Assembly: GCA_002104905.1 (NCBI GenBank) | Contig: MCFE01000745.1 | Coordinates: 1-40,233 of the forward strand | DNA length: 40,233 nucleotides | Reading direction: 5' to 3' | Origin: Basidiobolus meristosporus CBS 931.73 | Taxonomy: Eukaryota; Fungi; Basidiobolomycota | In this document: positions 24,532-36,728 of the stretch, piece by piece | Numbering within the stretch: position 1 is the stretch's first letter | Layout: each line of letters starts with the position of its first letter | Program-made: the position numbers and the translations under genes | The notes under the pieces: generated by a model | What the model was told of the DNA's origin: nothing | Databases searched by the model: none | Seen by the model: only the letters and a program-made list of their open reading frames with translations

Positions 24532-27500
24532 TTTTTGATTTTATAGTTTTTCTTAATTTTTGTCTGTCCCGATGTAACATTACAAATGTAGCTCCATCAC
24601 AGCACCGTAGCACTAGCGCGCTTCTACCGCTGTCTCCACGTCCAGGTCCTCGGTCGAGTCTCTCGATCGGGACGGACGGGGCAGAGCAAGAGAAGGCCTA
24701 CGGATGTGATTGGCCGATCGCTTTCGTTCCATGAATTTCCTCATAGAACTGCATTATTCATGGATATCTCCTGGATATCTATTCCACGTCTGTGATTATG
24801 TATAGCATTTCCCAAGATAAAATTTTCCAAAATGCCCCACAGTGCTTGAGGTTAGGGAGAGGCCAGAGTAGATACTAGAGCACAGCTGGGTTAGGCCAGG
24901 AATGCAATTGGGCATAAGATTGGCCAAGGCTCATTGACGGAGATTCCATGCGGGTGGCCGTAAGGGGAGAAACGTGAATTCGAGGGTCGCCTCGTATAGG
25001 AAGGGCAGCGATCTGATGTGTCCATGCGGATCATCCGCTGCTGTAGATAGGTTGAATCTAGTTTTAGGGACCTGACCTGGTGGATACGTGGACTGCGTGC
25101 GCTCTGTGGTGTGCTGTGCACTAACTGGATGCGTCCATGGGTGTGGTGATCGACCCTAAGCGATCCCAGGAAAATCGGGACAAGACACCGCGGACTCACG
25201 AACCACCACGATTGCCCGTTCGGTGCAGGTAAAGCACACCAACCAAAATTGGAAATCCGATACACTATTTGGTGATGGTAGCGAAGGTTTCTGGGTCGAT
25301 GGGTCCTATTTAGTCCGGCTGTCCAGTTATATGGAAGTCCAGTAGAGTGATCCGCCAGAGTAACTGGTTTATCGTGCTGGATTGGACTATCAGCAATAGG
25401 TAAGGCAAGGGGTAAGGGGTAAGGGGCGCCCACGGATGGTTTATTGGCTATGCCGCATATGGAATCTTACCTGGCCGGAATTGGCCTTTTTTCGCCATCC
25501 ACCAATGAAGTGACTGGACTGGGGGCCCTAAGGGGCTTGATACGCTCAGAAGTCTATCTCCACCAAAGTTGTCAGGCCAATTGAGGAGTGCTTGGAGGTT
25601 GCCAAATAGCCTCAACAAGCAGCTTCTGAAAACAACCATTCCCTGATTTCCACGCAGGTTGCCGTCGGGATTCGAGAATGCGATAGGAACGGGTCGTGAT
25701 TGGCTGTTACGTGGATTTGGCCGGCAATTATCTTGACTGGCCGAGCGTCGCCTGATTTCAACATTCTCGGATCATACTATCTGATAGCTCAAAGGGGATT
25801 GTTCTGGCCTTTGATCTTATCTCGGTTAGCGCCCCAGTCGATCACCATGCTGCTGATAACACTGGCCCCACGTATGCAGAGATGGCCGCTTGGCGCTCGC
25901 GGCGATTGAATCGAAGTGCTACCTCGTAATCTGCCCCCGCCAGGGCCACCGACCATTGACTACACGCTTAGCCCCGACGCGTAATCAAGTGAGGATGCTG
26001 GCCACTGGCGTAATCGAGACTGCATCCATCACCCGAGTCTCTCTCCTACGAACCCTGTCTAGGTTGGGTAGGCTGGTGGTCATTCTTACTGCCTTGCATT
26101 GCGAGCCCACCCCAAACCACGTATTGAGTAGGTGGATCCAAGTTGTCGAAACTTAATAACTCCCCTTATTTCGGGTGGGGGAGGAGGAGCAATCCCCGGC
26201 ATCACGAACTAGCCGCATTGGGACCGGATCCGTACTGGACATGGGTTTTCATTGCAAAATCTGTTGCCCAGCCCATGTCAACCCAATGGCTCATCTGCTA
26301 CCCATCCCCGGCGTTCAATAGCAGGATTTGCTCCCATCATCCCGTCAGTTCTCGGGCTATCAAATTGGGGCGAGACGGGTGACGATACCCGGGTCGAATT
26401 CATCCACTGCCATAAATGGGCGCCCGGGTAGAATATACCGGCGGGATTTCTGCAAATGGTGAGTTGGGACAAGGCCACCGTGATCCAAGAATCCAGTGAT
26501 GGACTAGGTCCTGTTCAGGGGATTAATCGATCTGCTGAGAGATATGGATACGACCCTGTTCCTCATGTTTTGGGTCGAGGTGATCAGGGTACCGATCCGA
26601 TCACCACTCATCGCCGTCCCTCCTGATCCCGCCCAGGATCCAGGCTCCCAAGAATGTGCAGACTAGGGTTTTGCCTCAAATCAGCATGCCTTCAAAAATG
26701 GGTTAATGAAATCTGACCCACCTCAACAGCAGGCCATTTCGAGGAGCAAACAGTGGGCATCCCAGTGATATATGATGGTTGGCTCCAGGAATCTGGTCTT
26801 CAAATCCATATCGCCCTTTAAGGCTACAGGTTCCATAAGGAAGGGCCAATACCAATTCACCCAACGTAGTGCCGGGGTGCGTGAATCGTCCTCTCTCCTG
26901 GCAAGCGTTCTGGGTACTCCTCTTCCCAGTAGGAGTTGCCCTCATCAAGGCAACGTGACAGGACAACCTCCGGCGGGGGGCCCGCGTGGTGGACGCAGCC
27001 TCGCCAACCTGCCTGGTCCAACTCAGGCGTATCGTCTAAGTTAGGTGGCCACGATGAACGGGAAAGACTACCAACGAGGTATACCGTCACTGGAGATAAT
27101 TTGTGCATTTATGAATGATTGCCTCATATGTTCTATCTGGCTAAAGAAGCTTGGGATCACCGAGCGAAATGGATAGATATGAGCACCGTGCTTAATCCGG
27201 CTTTCATAGACAAGCGCACCAGTACAGGTCTTCGAATGGCTAACCAAGGACCGCCGATGGCCTTGAAGCAGGCTGGATGATAAGATATTGCCCAATTGTT
27301 CAGGTAGTGGCGCTTTACTTTTTAAGACAGGGTGAGAATTGAGGTGGTTAGGCTGGCCAGATGTGATGGTCGCTCGAGATTGACATGTGATTTTGACGGT
27401 TTAAGTTTCATGGATGGATCCTGACTGATTCAAGCTGATTGCTCATGGAAGTGTGATGGCTGGATCATTGCTTTCAGAGCTTACTCGGATTGTTTGGAAT

Positions 27501-30500
27501 GCCATATCTCTCGACCTCGTACTCCGCTTTCTCTCAACCTACCCATCCCCATGATTTGCTATTGGAAAGTTGCTTGCCACATATAGATGCGATGGGTGTT
27601 CCTCAAGCGATTTCATTCGCAGTAGGATGCGTAGATCGTACTGTTGGGTCTGTGCTCACACTTTAAAACGCTGCCAAGAGAGATGCTGTTGCTCAGTGTT
27701 TCCGGCCGGGGAATAGAGCTCGAAGGGAGTCTTGGGCATGCCGATTTACCGGAATACTGCCGAAACCTTCATGCGGGTGCGCTACATGCTTACCGGGTAG
27801 CTGGAGAGATCGAAGCCCATGTCCAAGCCAATCAAACGCTCTACATTTGCAGCAGTAGAAAAGTGCATCTAGACTATCTTGTCATCATATCTGCTGGATT
27901 AGGTATCTGTGCTTTGTGAATTTGCGCTCTATGATATAATGTCGTATTACGATATGGCATATGAAGGTTAGGTAGATCCACCTTTGTATAGGGACAAACC
28001 AGGCAATTTGGCCCACCAATGATGTTGCGGCTAGTAATCGGTGGAAGGGTCAGCTGGCTATAGTGGGTTGCCAGCATCTCTCAGCAAGCAATGAGTGTAG
28101 CTGGATGTTGGTTGGGTCAATGCTGTGGTGGCTACTGACAGTTTCACGAGATATCTCTGATGCGCCTATGCGTCATGTTTGCCCCCTTCCTGGTGGACTA
28201 TCTCCTTGGGGTCTACGACTTGCTACAGTAACATGGGCATAGTCTTGATCGCTAGTGTAGTGGATTTCTTCGGTATCTAGAGCCATCCTCGGTTGTTTGT
28301 AGCGGGCACAAAGACCTCTAGACTTTGCTGGACATTCGATGGGCTTGTCATCAGACCAATCTACAGATGGCTCATGTTGCGGAGGGTTTGTTTTGTATTT
28401 GATCACTTAGAAATGCCCTTTTGTCCTGTTCCTGGCGACGAACGAATTCGTGCAAATCCCATCATTGTCCAACGGATTGGTGTTACACCCACAGCCGGCT
28501 ACCATATCCAACCCTCCTTAGCTGCGGCTTTCGATCGAGCCAAAATGGGTTCCACAGAGTTCGGTCCAGGGTTTCCTGACTGATCATTCTGAATGGAAAT
28601 CTCTCTATAGATGCCCCCACTTGTTGGTTCTGATGGCCAGCAGAATGTCCATCGCAGATAGTGCCACCTTCTTTGGCTTATGCCATCCGCTAATGTGGAT
28701 GGATGGTTCCTTAATCGAGCGCTTATCTAGCTAGGACAGTTTGCACATGACCGATTCCCATCTATGGTTATCGTCTCAGTGCGAAGATGTTGCTCGCTGC
28801 AACGTCGATTGCGGAGTTGGAAAATGGAAATTGTCTCCCCCGAGGGTGACGTGAGAAGGGTAAAATACACCCAAAGGGTCAAACTTTTCGATGGGCTTCA
28901 TGTTTGAATGGGGAGGGTATTTTCACCTCTGAAGGGGCCGCCTCGAAAAGGCTAAACATATAGGGCCATTTGTCGTAAGTATCAATCTCTCCGTTTTGGC
29001 GGGAAGTTTGACGATGTGCAAGCTCAAGGTGCACTGTTCTAGAAACGGCTGCCAAGAAGTTGTCATTCACATGCATCCTTGGCTATAAGACTATTTTCGA
29101 TTAGCATACTGTAGTATACAGGCCAAGCGCTTAGACATTCCTTTAGAAAGCAAAGCAATATACACAGCTCGGATTTCATACATTTTTTTGCTGGCTTTCT
29201 AACCATTTTCCAGACTCTTTCAACCCCCAGCCCTAAAGATCGGCAAACCCCTGATGAATGGTGGTAGCGATCTTTTATGGTTTACACCTGGAAACCGTGA
29301 CTATACATGCCAAAAACTATGCTCCAACGAGTCCTTGAACCCGAATCTGAAGTAAAACAAGATTGGAATGTCCGCTACCTTTCGTACCTTTTCCCCCTTT
29401 TTCGCGCAACATTTCTCCAATGGTGCGTTCGCCAGTTTCAGGATCATGAGCCGAATTAATGTGGCGGAAATTTTCCGGGAGGACGCATAGATACAGTTTG
29501 CACACTCCAAAGTGGTCGACCATTCAAGTCGGACTCTTTATCCCCATCCTGGGATCCCTGGAAATGCATTATCGCATCAAGATATGCTCAAATTGGAACC
29601 TCGGAAATACGCAGATTTTTTGGTGAATCTTCACCTCGTATCCCATTAGGGGTGTTTATTACGCTGTGGTAAGCTTCTGATCTCCGTTTCTTGTTGCGTA
29701 TTAGGAAAATCACCTCTTCGCCTGTACCATATACTGACGTACCCAAAGGAAAGTTTGCGAAGGGAAGGATCGAGGGGGCTAGGAGATGTCCACACCAATA
29801 GGTCCATGGGAATTGGGCGGTCTAGCCATAACATAAGGCTCTTTTGCCACTGAACCATAAAGCATGGCTCTCTTGGATACGAATTCCGATGTAGGTTACC
29901 TCCCGCCAGTGCTTGGGAATTTTGGGAATACTCCAACCAAAAGAACCGTTGAGTCCATCCAAACAGGCCCCCGTGCTAGCTGCCAAGAAATTGCCCGCTC
30001 CTTGGCATCCAACCTCTCGACCATCTGATAATCGGGGAAATTTGTATCTCTTCCATACATACTAAGCGATTCTGCGGAATTAATCCATGATCTTACTAAG
30101 TCGACTCCAAAAAGGTAGCTTTCAGGGCAATCACTATATCGGTGGTGAAACTAGATCGCTTAGGATCTAAGTTACTGTATGTTTTGATTTGGAGCATGGT
30201 GAGCCCCTGAGATGGGGATTCACGATCAAATATGTAGTTTGCCTTACCAAATTCTGCTAGTTAGAAACAATAAGACGTTTGCCCAAATGTTGCTCACGCA
30301 GCCCTGGTGCTTTCCCGAAAGCACTGTGGAAAATGCCTAAGTAATGCGCGCTAGAGGATAGCAAGGCTGTATCCAACATAGGAACACCATTCCCAGATAG
30401 GCGTCCTACTCGATGTACTAGATACTTCAAGGATCAATGCCATAATTGTATATACCTACTACGTAATACATATTGCATTTACAAGGGTGTCGTATGGGTG

Positions 30501-30693
30501 CTTTTCATGATTAACCTGCCCATAGCAAATACTCTGCCCAACTAAGCTTTCCCAGTAGCAATTCCTAAAACAGTACTCTGTTCCATGGATGGATCTTCTG
30601 TCAATAACTTGGTCTGAGTAGCAACAATACCTTCTATGAGAAAATTACCAATTTAGATCTCATAAAACATTCTCCTTACTTTCATGTGATAGC

Positions 30694-30940
30694 TGTCGTG
30701 AGAGTCTAGTAGATATTGGAAGTATTTGCAAGAACAGGCAGATTATGTGGTCTTAACACTGATATGTTCGATCAAATACACAAGTATTACTTGAAATTTT
30801 ACATGATCTTGGCAAAACAGACCTGTACAATACATTGAAAAAGATCACAAAAACCTGTGCGCGAAGCCTAGGGACTTATGCAACTGCAAAAATTCTCATG
30901 CTTTGGATACTTGACATTCTGGTGAAAATAGTGTTGTGAA
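30694..30940 (-). repeat. Degenerate inverted partial LTR of the same copia family
   Basis: The reverse complement (TATTTTCACCAGAATGTCAAGTATCC...TGCCAAGATCATGTAAAA...ACCACATAATCTGCCTGTTCT...CTTCCAATATCT..AGACTCTCACGACA) aligns by eye to the 3' two-thirds of the 349-bp LTR. No PBS follows it. The outer boundary is approximate. Confidence 0.7.
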
Positions 30941-31269
30941 CATTGAGTTTGCGCCTAAACCACTCCTTTACCTTAAGATTCTATTCAGACCATCGATAAG
31001 TTACAAATTAGCCAGGATTTAACTTGTCAGATATGGACCGATTTTAAAATCAGTAATGCGTGGCAGTTATCAGTAATTCCAAGAATATCCAGAAGCCACC
31101 AAACATTGCACTCAGCTTCCCGGGGTTTTCCTCGAGACATTCTCACTGTTGGCTAAACGAAACTCTCCTTGAACATTGATACTTTGCTTGGGCTCAATAT
31201 AACAAGCAAGTATCAGGCATTTCTTTTAGTTTTGCAAGTCGCTCCGGACAGTCCCTAGAGTCCTTCAAC

Positions 31270-31630
31270 AAATTGTAGGTTTTGTAAACACACCTAAGTA
31301 CTCACATGACTTGGTCACATGGAACATAGTATGCAAATTGTAGAGAATTAGGCCTGAGTTCTTTGTTGGTATTTGTTTGGAATATTTTCACCACAATATC
31401 AGGTTGCTAGGACTTAAAAAATCTCAAAGCTGTCCAAGCAATTCTAACCTTTGCACATATGCTCTTGAGACCTTCTTAAGCAAATTCCACATGCTTACTC
31501 TGCTAAGATCATGTCAGAGTATCAATGTTGTTTTTAAATTCAGTAAATCATTCAGTGAGAAACACATAATGAACTTGATGTCCCAGTGACTTCCAATATG
31601 TCCAAAGCTCTTGCAACACTATGAGCCCTG
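31270..31630 (+). repeat. Old, highly diverged full-length LTR with PBS remnant (CTATGAGCCCTG)
   Basis: Colinear with the LTR along its length (GAATATTTTCACCACAATATCAGG, CTTTGCACATATGCTCTTGAGACCTTC, TAAATCATTCAGTGAGAAACACATAAT). It ends TTGCAACA at 31618, followed by a decayed PBS. Confidence 0.75.
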
Positions 31631-31634
31631 AGCT

Positions 31635-31736
31635 TGTTGCAAATTTTGTATTTACACCTGGATGTACACCTAACTTGATCACTTGAATTATGGTCTACAA
31701 ATGTAGGAGAATTCTGCCTAAATTCCTTGTTGAAAT
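31635..31736 (+). repeat. Truncated LTR 5' fragment
   Basis: TGTTGCAAATTTTGTATTTACACC...CACCTAACTTGATCACTT...AAATTCCTTGTTG matches the first ~100 nt of the LTR, then breaks off where another LTR starts. Confidence 0.65.
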
Positions 31737-32210
31737 TTTTGTAAAATCTGTAGTTACATCTATATATTCACCTGACTTAGTCACTTAGACCATTACCTAC
31801 AAATCTCAGAGAACTCTGACAGAATTCCTTGTGGGAATCTACTAGGAAAATCTTCATCAAATATTGGTTACCTAAAACATGAAACTTCTCAAAGTTGTCC
31901 AAACAGCCGCAAACCTTCCACACATACTTTGGGGGCCTTTCTAAGCATATTCCTGTTCTCCAAATCACTACCAATATCTCCAAAACTTTCACAACAGGTT
32001 ATGAGCCACAATCTGTCACTCTCCACAATGTCTACTACTGCTACTACTGCAGTTCTCTCTTTGCTGAAAAGCTGAACAGATTCAGCTAACAAGTATAGAA
32101 GGTGATGGTGAAGATGCTTCTGCAGGAAAGAGGCCTTTGGCATATTGATAATGGAGAAATATGTCATCCTAGAGGTTTTAGAGAAGGAGCCTTAAACTGC
32201 TAGAAGTAAG
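31737..32210 (+). mobile_element. Degenerate copia 5' end: internally deleted LTR (to 31996), PBS 31997-32008 and decayed start of gag
   Basis: LTR-like CACCTGACTTAGTCACTTAG...CACAACA followed by GGTTATGAGCCA, then MSTTATTAVLSFAEKL..*QV*KVMVKMLLQERGLWHI with stops. It breaks at 32210, exactly where the next LTR begins. Confidence 0.85.
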
Positions 32211-32559
32211 TGTTGTAAAAATTCGTAATTCCCCCTAAAAATTCACCTAACTTAGTCACTTAGATCATCACCTTCAAATCCTAGAGAATACTGACCAAAT
32301 TCCTTGTCGGGATTTACTTTGAATATTTTCACCAAAATACCAGGTACCCAGAACATGAAAATTCTCAAAGTTGTCCAAACAGCCCCAAACTTTGCACACA
32401 TGTTCTTGGGACCTTCCTGAGCCTATCCTACGTGTTTGTTATGCCAAGACCAGGTAAAAGTATAAATACTACTTTTACATTCAATAAATCATTAAGTGAA
32501 AACCGCATAATCTACTTGTTCTCCCAATCACTTTCAATATCTCCAAGACTCTTACAACA
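32211..32559 (+). repeat. LTR, 349 bp
   Basis: Perfect 8-bp terminal inverted repeats TGTTGTAA/TTACAACA; TATAAATA at 32461 and AATAAA at 32483. Direct repeat of 36376-36724 (about 15 substitutions by manual alignment). Confidence 0.95.
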
Positions 32560-32571
32560 GGTTATGAGCCC
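32560..32571 (+). other. Primer-binding site complementary to the anticodon stem-loop of initiator tRNA-Met (half-tRNA priming)
   Basis: GGTTATGAGCCC directly abuts the LTR end. It is the reverse complement of GGGCUCAUAACC of fungal tRNAiMet, the same PBS type as yeast Ty5 and Drosophila copia. Confidence 0.9.
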
Positions 32572-35500
32572 CAAGCTGTCACTCTCTGCAATGTCTACTA
32601 CTGCTATTACTGGAATTTTTCCCTCTGCTGAAAAGTTGGATGGTTCTAACTACCAAGTGTGGAAGGTCAAGATGAAGATGCTGCTACAAGAAAGAGGCCT
32701 TTGGGATATTGTCATGGGAGAAGAATGCCCTCCTAAAAACGTGGGAGAGGAAGCCTTGAAGTACCAGAAGAAAGAACAAAGTGCCTTTAACTGCATTTGC
32801 CTTAATGTCAAGGACAAATTGCTAATTCAATGCTCAAGAGCAAAAACGGCAAAGAATGCCTGGAAAGCATTAGAAGACACCTACCAGTCATGTTCAGCTG
32901 CCAGGAAGATGTATCTGAGGCAAAAAATCTTTACTACAAAGATGCTGCCAGGAGAAGAAATGAAAAATTTAATTAACAGAATTACCCTGCTGGTAGATGA
33001 GATGGAATCTGTGGGCATACCAACTACTGATGAGGATGTGATAGTTACCATCCTGAATAGCCTGACAGACAAGTTTCAGGGCCTTGTATCAGCCCTAGAG
33101 TCCAGAACTGAAGATTTGACCTTAAATTACATATATGGAAGGCTCCTGGATGAAGAATTAAGAAAAACAAGCACCAATAAGAAGGAAGAAGAAAATGCTT
33201 TAATAAGCAATGATAACCAACAAAGGAGGTACCCAAGACCCTACAAAGGCAACAGCAGCCTGTTTTGTAACTACTGCAAAAGGAAAGGACACACATCAGA
33301 CCGGTGTCTCAAAAAGAAAGATAATCAGCAAAAGAAGCCTGAATATGGAAATGCTGCAGCAACTGAAGATAGACTATTCATATCTGCACTAAATATGACC
33401 ACAAACAAGGATTCTCAGATGTGGTGTATTGACTCTGGAGCTTCTCAACACTTTACACACCACAAAGAACTTTTTACCCAATATCAAGAAATTCCAATTA
33501 AGAAGGTTTTCATGGGTGACGATAGAACACTTGATGCAGTGGGAGAAGGAACTATCCAAGTAAACCTTAGAAGCAGTGAAGGAAGCCATACACTGACTTT
33601 CAAAGAAGTACTCTATGTACCAGAAATAGCCAAGAACCTACTCTCTGTAAGCAAGGCCACAGCAGAAGGACTCAGTTTCAGTTTTGACAATTCTGGATGC
33701 AGGATCACTGATCAAAATGGTGCCCATATTGCTTTGGGCATCAGAGATCAGAATCTATACAAGTTGACTTATATTCCATCATATCTGGAAGCCAATATAA
33801 GTAACTTAAATGAAGAAACACCAATGCTTTGGCACAGGAGATTTGGACACATCAATTTTGATTATTTGCGTAAAATGATCAAAGATCAGCTAATTTCTGG
33901 AGTGAAAATTGATCCCCCAGCTAATTTGGAGCACTGTGAAGCCTGCATATATGGGAAACAAGCCAGACAACCGTTCAAGAGCTCTGGGTTAATCAAAACT
34001 AAGAAAAAACTAGATCTAATTCACTCAGATCTGTGTGGACCTATGCAAAATTTATCCTTAGGCGGGATGAAGTATTTAATCACTTTTATTGATGATTATA
34101 CAAGATACACATGGGTCTACTTCATGGAGAAAAAGGAAGAAGCTCTGTTTAAGCTCAGGGAGTTTAAAGCCATGGTGGAGAGAGAAACTGGTGAAAAAAT
34201 CAAGAAAATACGCTCTGACAATGGTGGAGTATATATCTCAAAACTCTTCATCCACTTCTGCAAAATTCATGGGATAAAGCAAGAGACTACTGTACCATAC
34301 TCCCCACAGCAAAATAGAGTAGCAGAACAAGCTAACAGATCAATGATTGATATGGCAAGATCTATGATCCATGGTCAAAAATTATCCTATGATTTTTGGG
34401 CGGAATCAGTTGCCACTGCTGTATATCTTAAAAATAGGAGTTATAACAGAATACTTCGTGATTCTACTCCATTTGAAGCATGGTATGGATACAGACCAAG
34501 TGCAGAATATCTAAGAATATTTGGGTGTACAGCATATGCCAAAAAACTGGCCGGAAATCAGTCAAAATTTGAGCCAAAAAGTGTAAAATGCATATTTTTG
34601 GGCTACTGCAATGAGAGTAAGGCATACAGACTCTACAATACCAAAGCAAAGAAGCTGATCAAGTCCAGGGATGTGTTGTTTGATGAAAATTCATAATTTT
34701 CACAAAAAATGACATCTGATGATGACAAAAATTTGATCTCAAGTCCACCAATTGTCAGGATTGAATCAGAGCAAAACAATGAAATTTTTTTCACTCCAGA
34801 GGACTCTACAACCGTGGTTCAGCCAGAATCAGTGCCCAGGAATATCCCAGAAGTGATCATTCCAGTATCAAATGCCTGGAGATCCAATCTGACAAGAAAT
34901 AGCCCAAATTACTATATCAATGAGGGTACAAACTTGGCCTATGCCTATTCAGTCCATGTTGATGAGCCCCAGACTGTAAAAGAGGCCCTAAATAGCCCTA
35001 AGACAAAGTTTTGGAGATCTGCAATGACTGAGGAATATCAGGCCCTGATGGAAAATCAAACTTGGGACTTAGTCAAATTACCAATCAACCAAAAATCAAT
35101 TGGTTACAGATGGGTCTTCAAGACAAAATACAAGGCTGATGGTACAATTGAAAGATACAAAGCAAGACTTGTAGCCAAAGGATACTCTCAAACAAAAGGA
35201 CTTGACTATACTGAGACCTTTGCACCGGTAGCCAAGTTTAATTCCATCAGATTAATATTGGCTATTGCAGCCAAATATAAGTTTTTTATTCATCAAATGG
35301 ATGTAAAAGCTGCATTTCTGAATGGAGAACTTGATGAGGACATGTATATGGACCAGCCTGATGGGTTTGTTGACCAAGATAACCCCCATTTGGTCTGCAA
35401 GCTTAAAAAGTCACTATATGGTCTCAAACAATCACTGAGAGCCTTGAATTGCAAGATAGATTCTTATTTGGAATCTTTGAGTTTCAAAAGAAGTAATGCT

Positions 35501-36375
35501 GACTATAGTATATACTATAAGCCAGATAGAGCAAATCCAGTTCTATTAGCTCAATATGTGGATGATCTTATTATAGCCACCAATAATCTAGAAACATTGG
35601 AAGAAACTAAATTCAGCCTATCTAAGGAGTTCAAGATGTCTGATTTAGGAGAACTTAGTTACTACTTAGGGATTAAGTTCTCCATAGACAGAAGTACCCA
35701 GACTATCACCCTAAGCCAATCCAAGTATATTCAAGATATACTAAAGAAGTACCAAATGGAAGACTGTAAACCGGCAGCTACCCCAATGGAGACAAACCTT
35801 CACTTGGTCAAAACTCAACCAAATCAAGAGAGCTTGGTGCCATCTGAAAGCCCTGACTTTCCTTACCAATCTATGGTTGGCAGTCTGATGTATATCATGC
35901 TTGGAACACGTCCAGATATCTCATATTCAGTGGGAGTTGTCAGCCAACATAATCAGTACTATGGATCTGATCATATTGCAGCAGTTAAGCGGATTTTTAG
36001 ATACCTAAAAGGAACTGCTGATATTTGCTAAAGATACACTTATAAGGACTCAGAATAAGATCTTGTGGGATACTCTGATGCAGATTGGGGACAAAATTTA
36101 GATGACAGAAGATCCACCACAGGATACACCTTTCTTTACTGTAAAGGAGCAATTTCATGGAATTCAAGAAAGCAACCAACTGTAGCACTTTCCACCACAG
36201 AGGCAGAGTATATGGCAGCCTGTGAAGCTACAAAAGAAGCAATGTGGTTAAGAAAGCTGTTTACAGATTTAGGCCTATGTCAAAAAACGCCTATTACTTT
36301 ATTTCAAGATAATCAAGGATGTACACAATTAGGTAGAAATCCAACTTTTCATGCTAGAACCAAACACATAGCTAT
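32564..36375 (+). pseudogene. gag-pol of copia copy 1, interrupted by TAA at 34694, 36029 and 36056
   Basis: Gag KLDGSNYQVWKVKM; zinc knuckle CNYCKRKGHTSDRC; protease WCIDSGASQH; HHCC region LWHRRFGH...CEAC; integrase IHSDLCGP/IRSDNGG; RT HQMDVKAAFLNG, LYGLKQ, YVDD; RNase H GYSDADW, STTEAEY, FQDNQG. Private substitutions in conserved motifs: DNGGVY, QQNRVAEQ, RALN. Confidence 0.93.
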
Positions 36376-36724
36376 TGTTGTAAAAATTCGTATTTCCACC
36401 TAAATATTCACCTAACTTAGTCACTTAGATCATTACCTTCAAATCCTAGAAAATACTGACCAAATTCCTTGTTGGGATTTACTTAGAATATTTTCACCAA
36501 AATACCAGGTACCCAGAACATGAAAATTCTCAAAGTTGTCCAAACAGCCCCAAACTTTGCACACATGTTCTTGGGACCTTCCTTAATCTATTCTACGTGT
36601 TTGTAATGCCAAGACCAGGTAAAAGTATAAATACTACTTTTACATTCAATAAATCATTAAGTAAAAACCACATAATCTACTTGTTCTCCCAATCACTTCC
36701 AATATCTCCAAGACTCTTACAACA
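36376..36724 (+). repeat. LTR, 349 bp, followed by PBS GGTTATGAGCCC (36725-36736)
   Basis: TGTTGTAA...TTACAACA termini and the same length as LTR 32211-32559. Confidence 0.95.
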
Positions 36725-36728
36725 GGTT

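Larger units (their letters stand above)
32211..36375 (+). mobile_element. Ty1/copia LTR retrotransposon copy 1 (Hemivirus-type PBS), defective, truncated inside RNase H
   Basis: 5' LTR 32211-32559, PBS, then gag-PR-IN-RT-RH in copia order. It ends at ARTKHIAI (36375) with no RNase H C-terminus, PPT or own 3' LTR before the next LTR. Confidence 0.95.

Noticed and set aside
25407-25426. AAGGGG-TAAGGGG-TAAGGGG, telomere-like or G-quadruplex-like
   Set aside because: Only three G4 runs, too short to call an interstitial telomere or a confident G4.
24891-25433. 180-aa minus-strand ORF in the gene-free region
   Set aside because: No recognisable motif, and its composition is typical of a spurious ORF in GC-balanced DNA.
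30023-30031. ATCTGATAA, the SreA consensus site
   Set aside because: It is a single 9-mer, of which about 0.6 are expected by chance in 40 kb, and it is not near a gene start.
32432-32563. ORF extension starting inside the LTR (MFVMPRPGK...)
   Set aside because: It starts upstream of the LTR TATA box, so it is unlikely to be in the transcript; treated as incidental.
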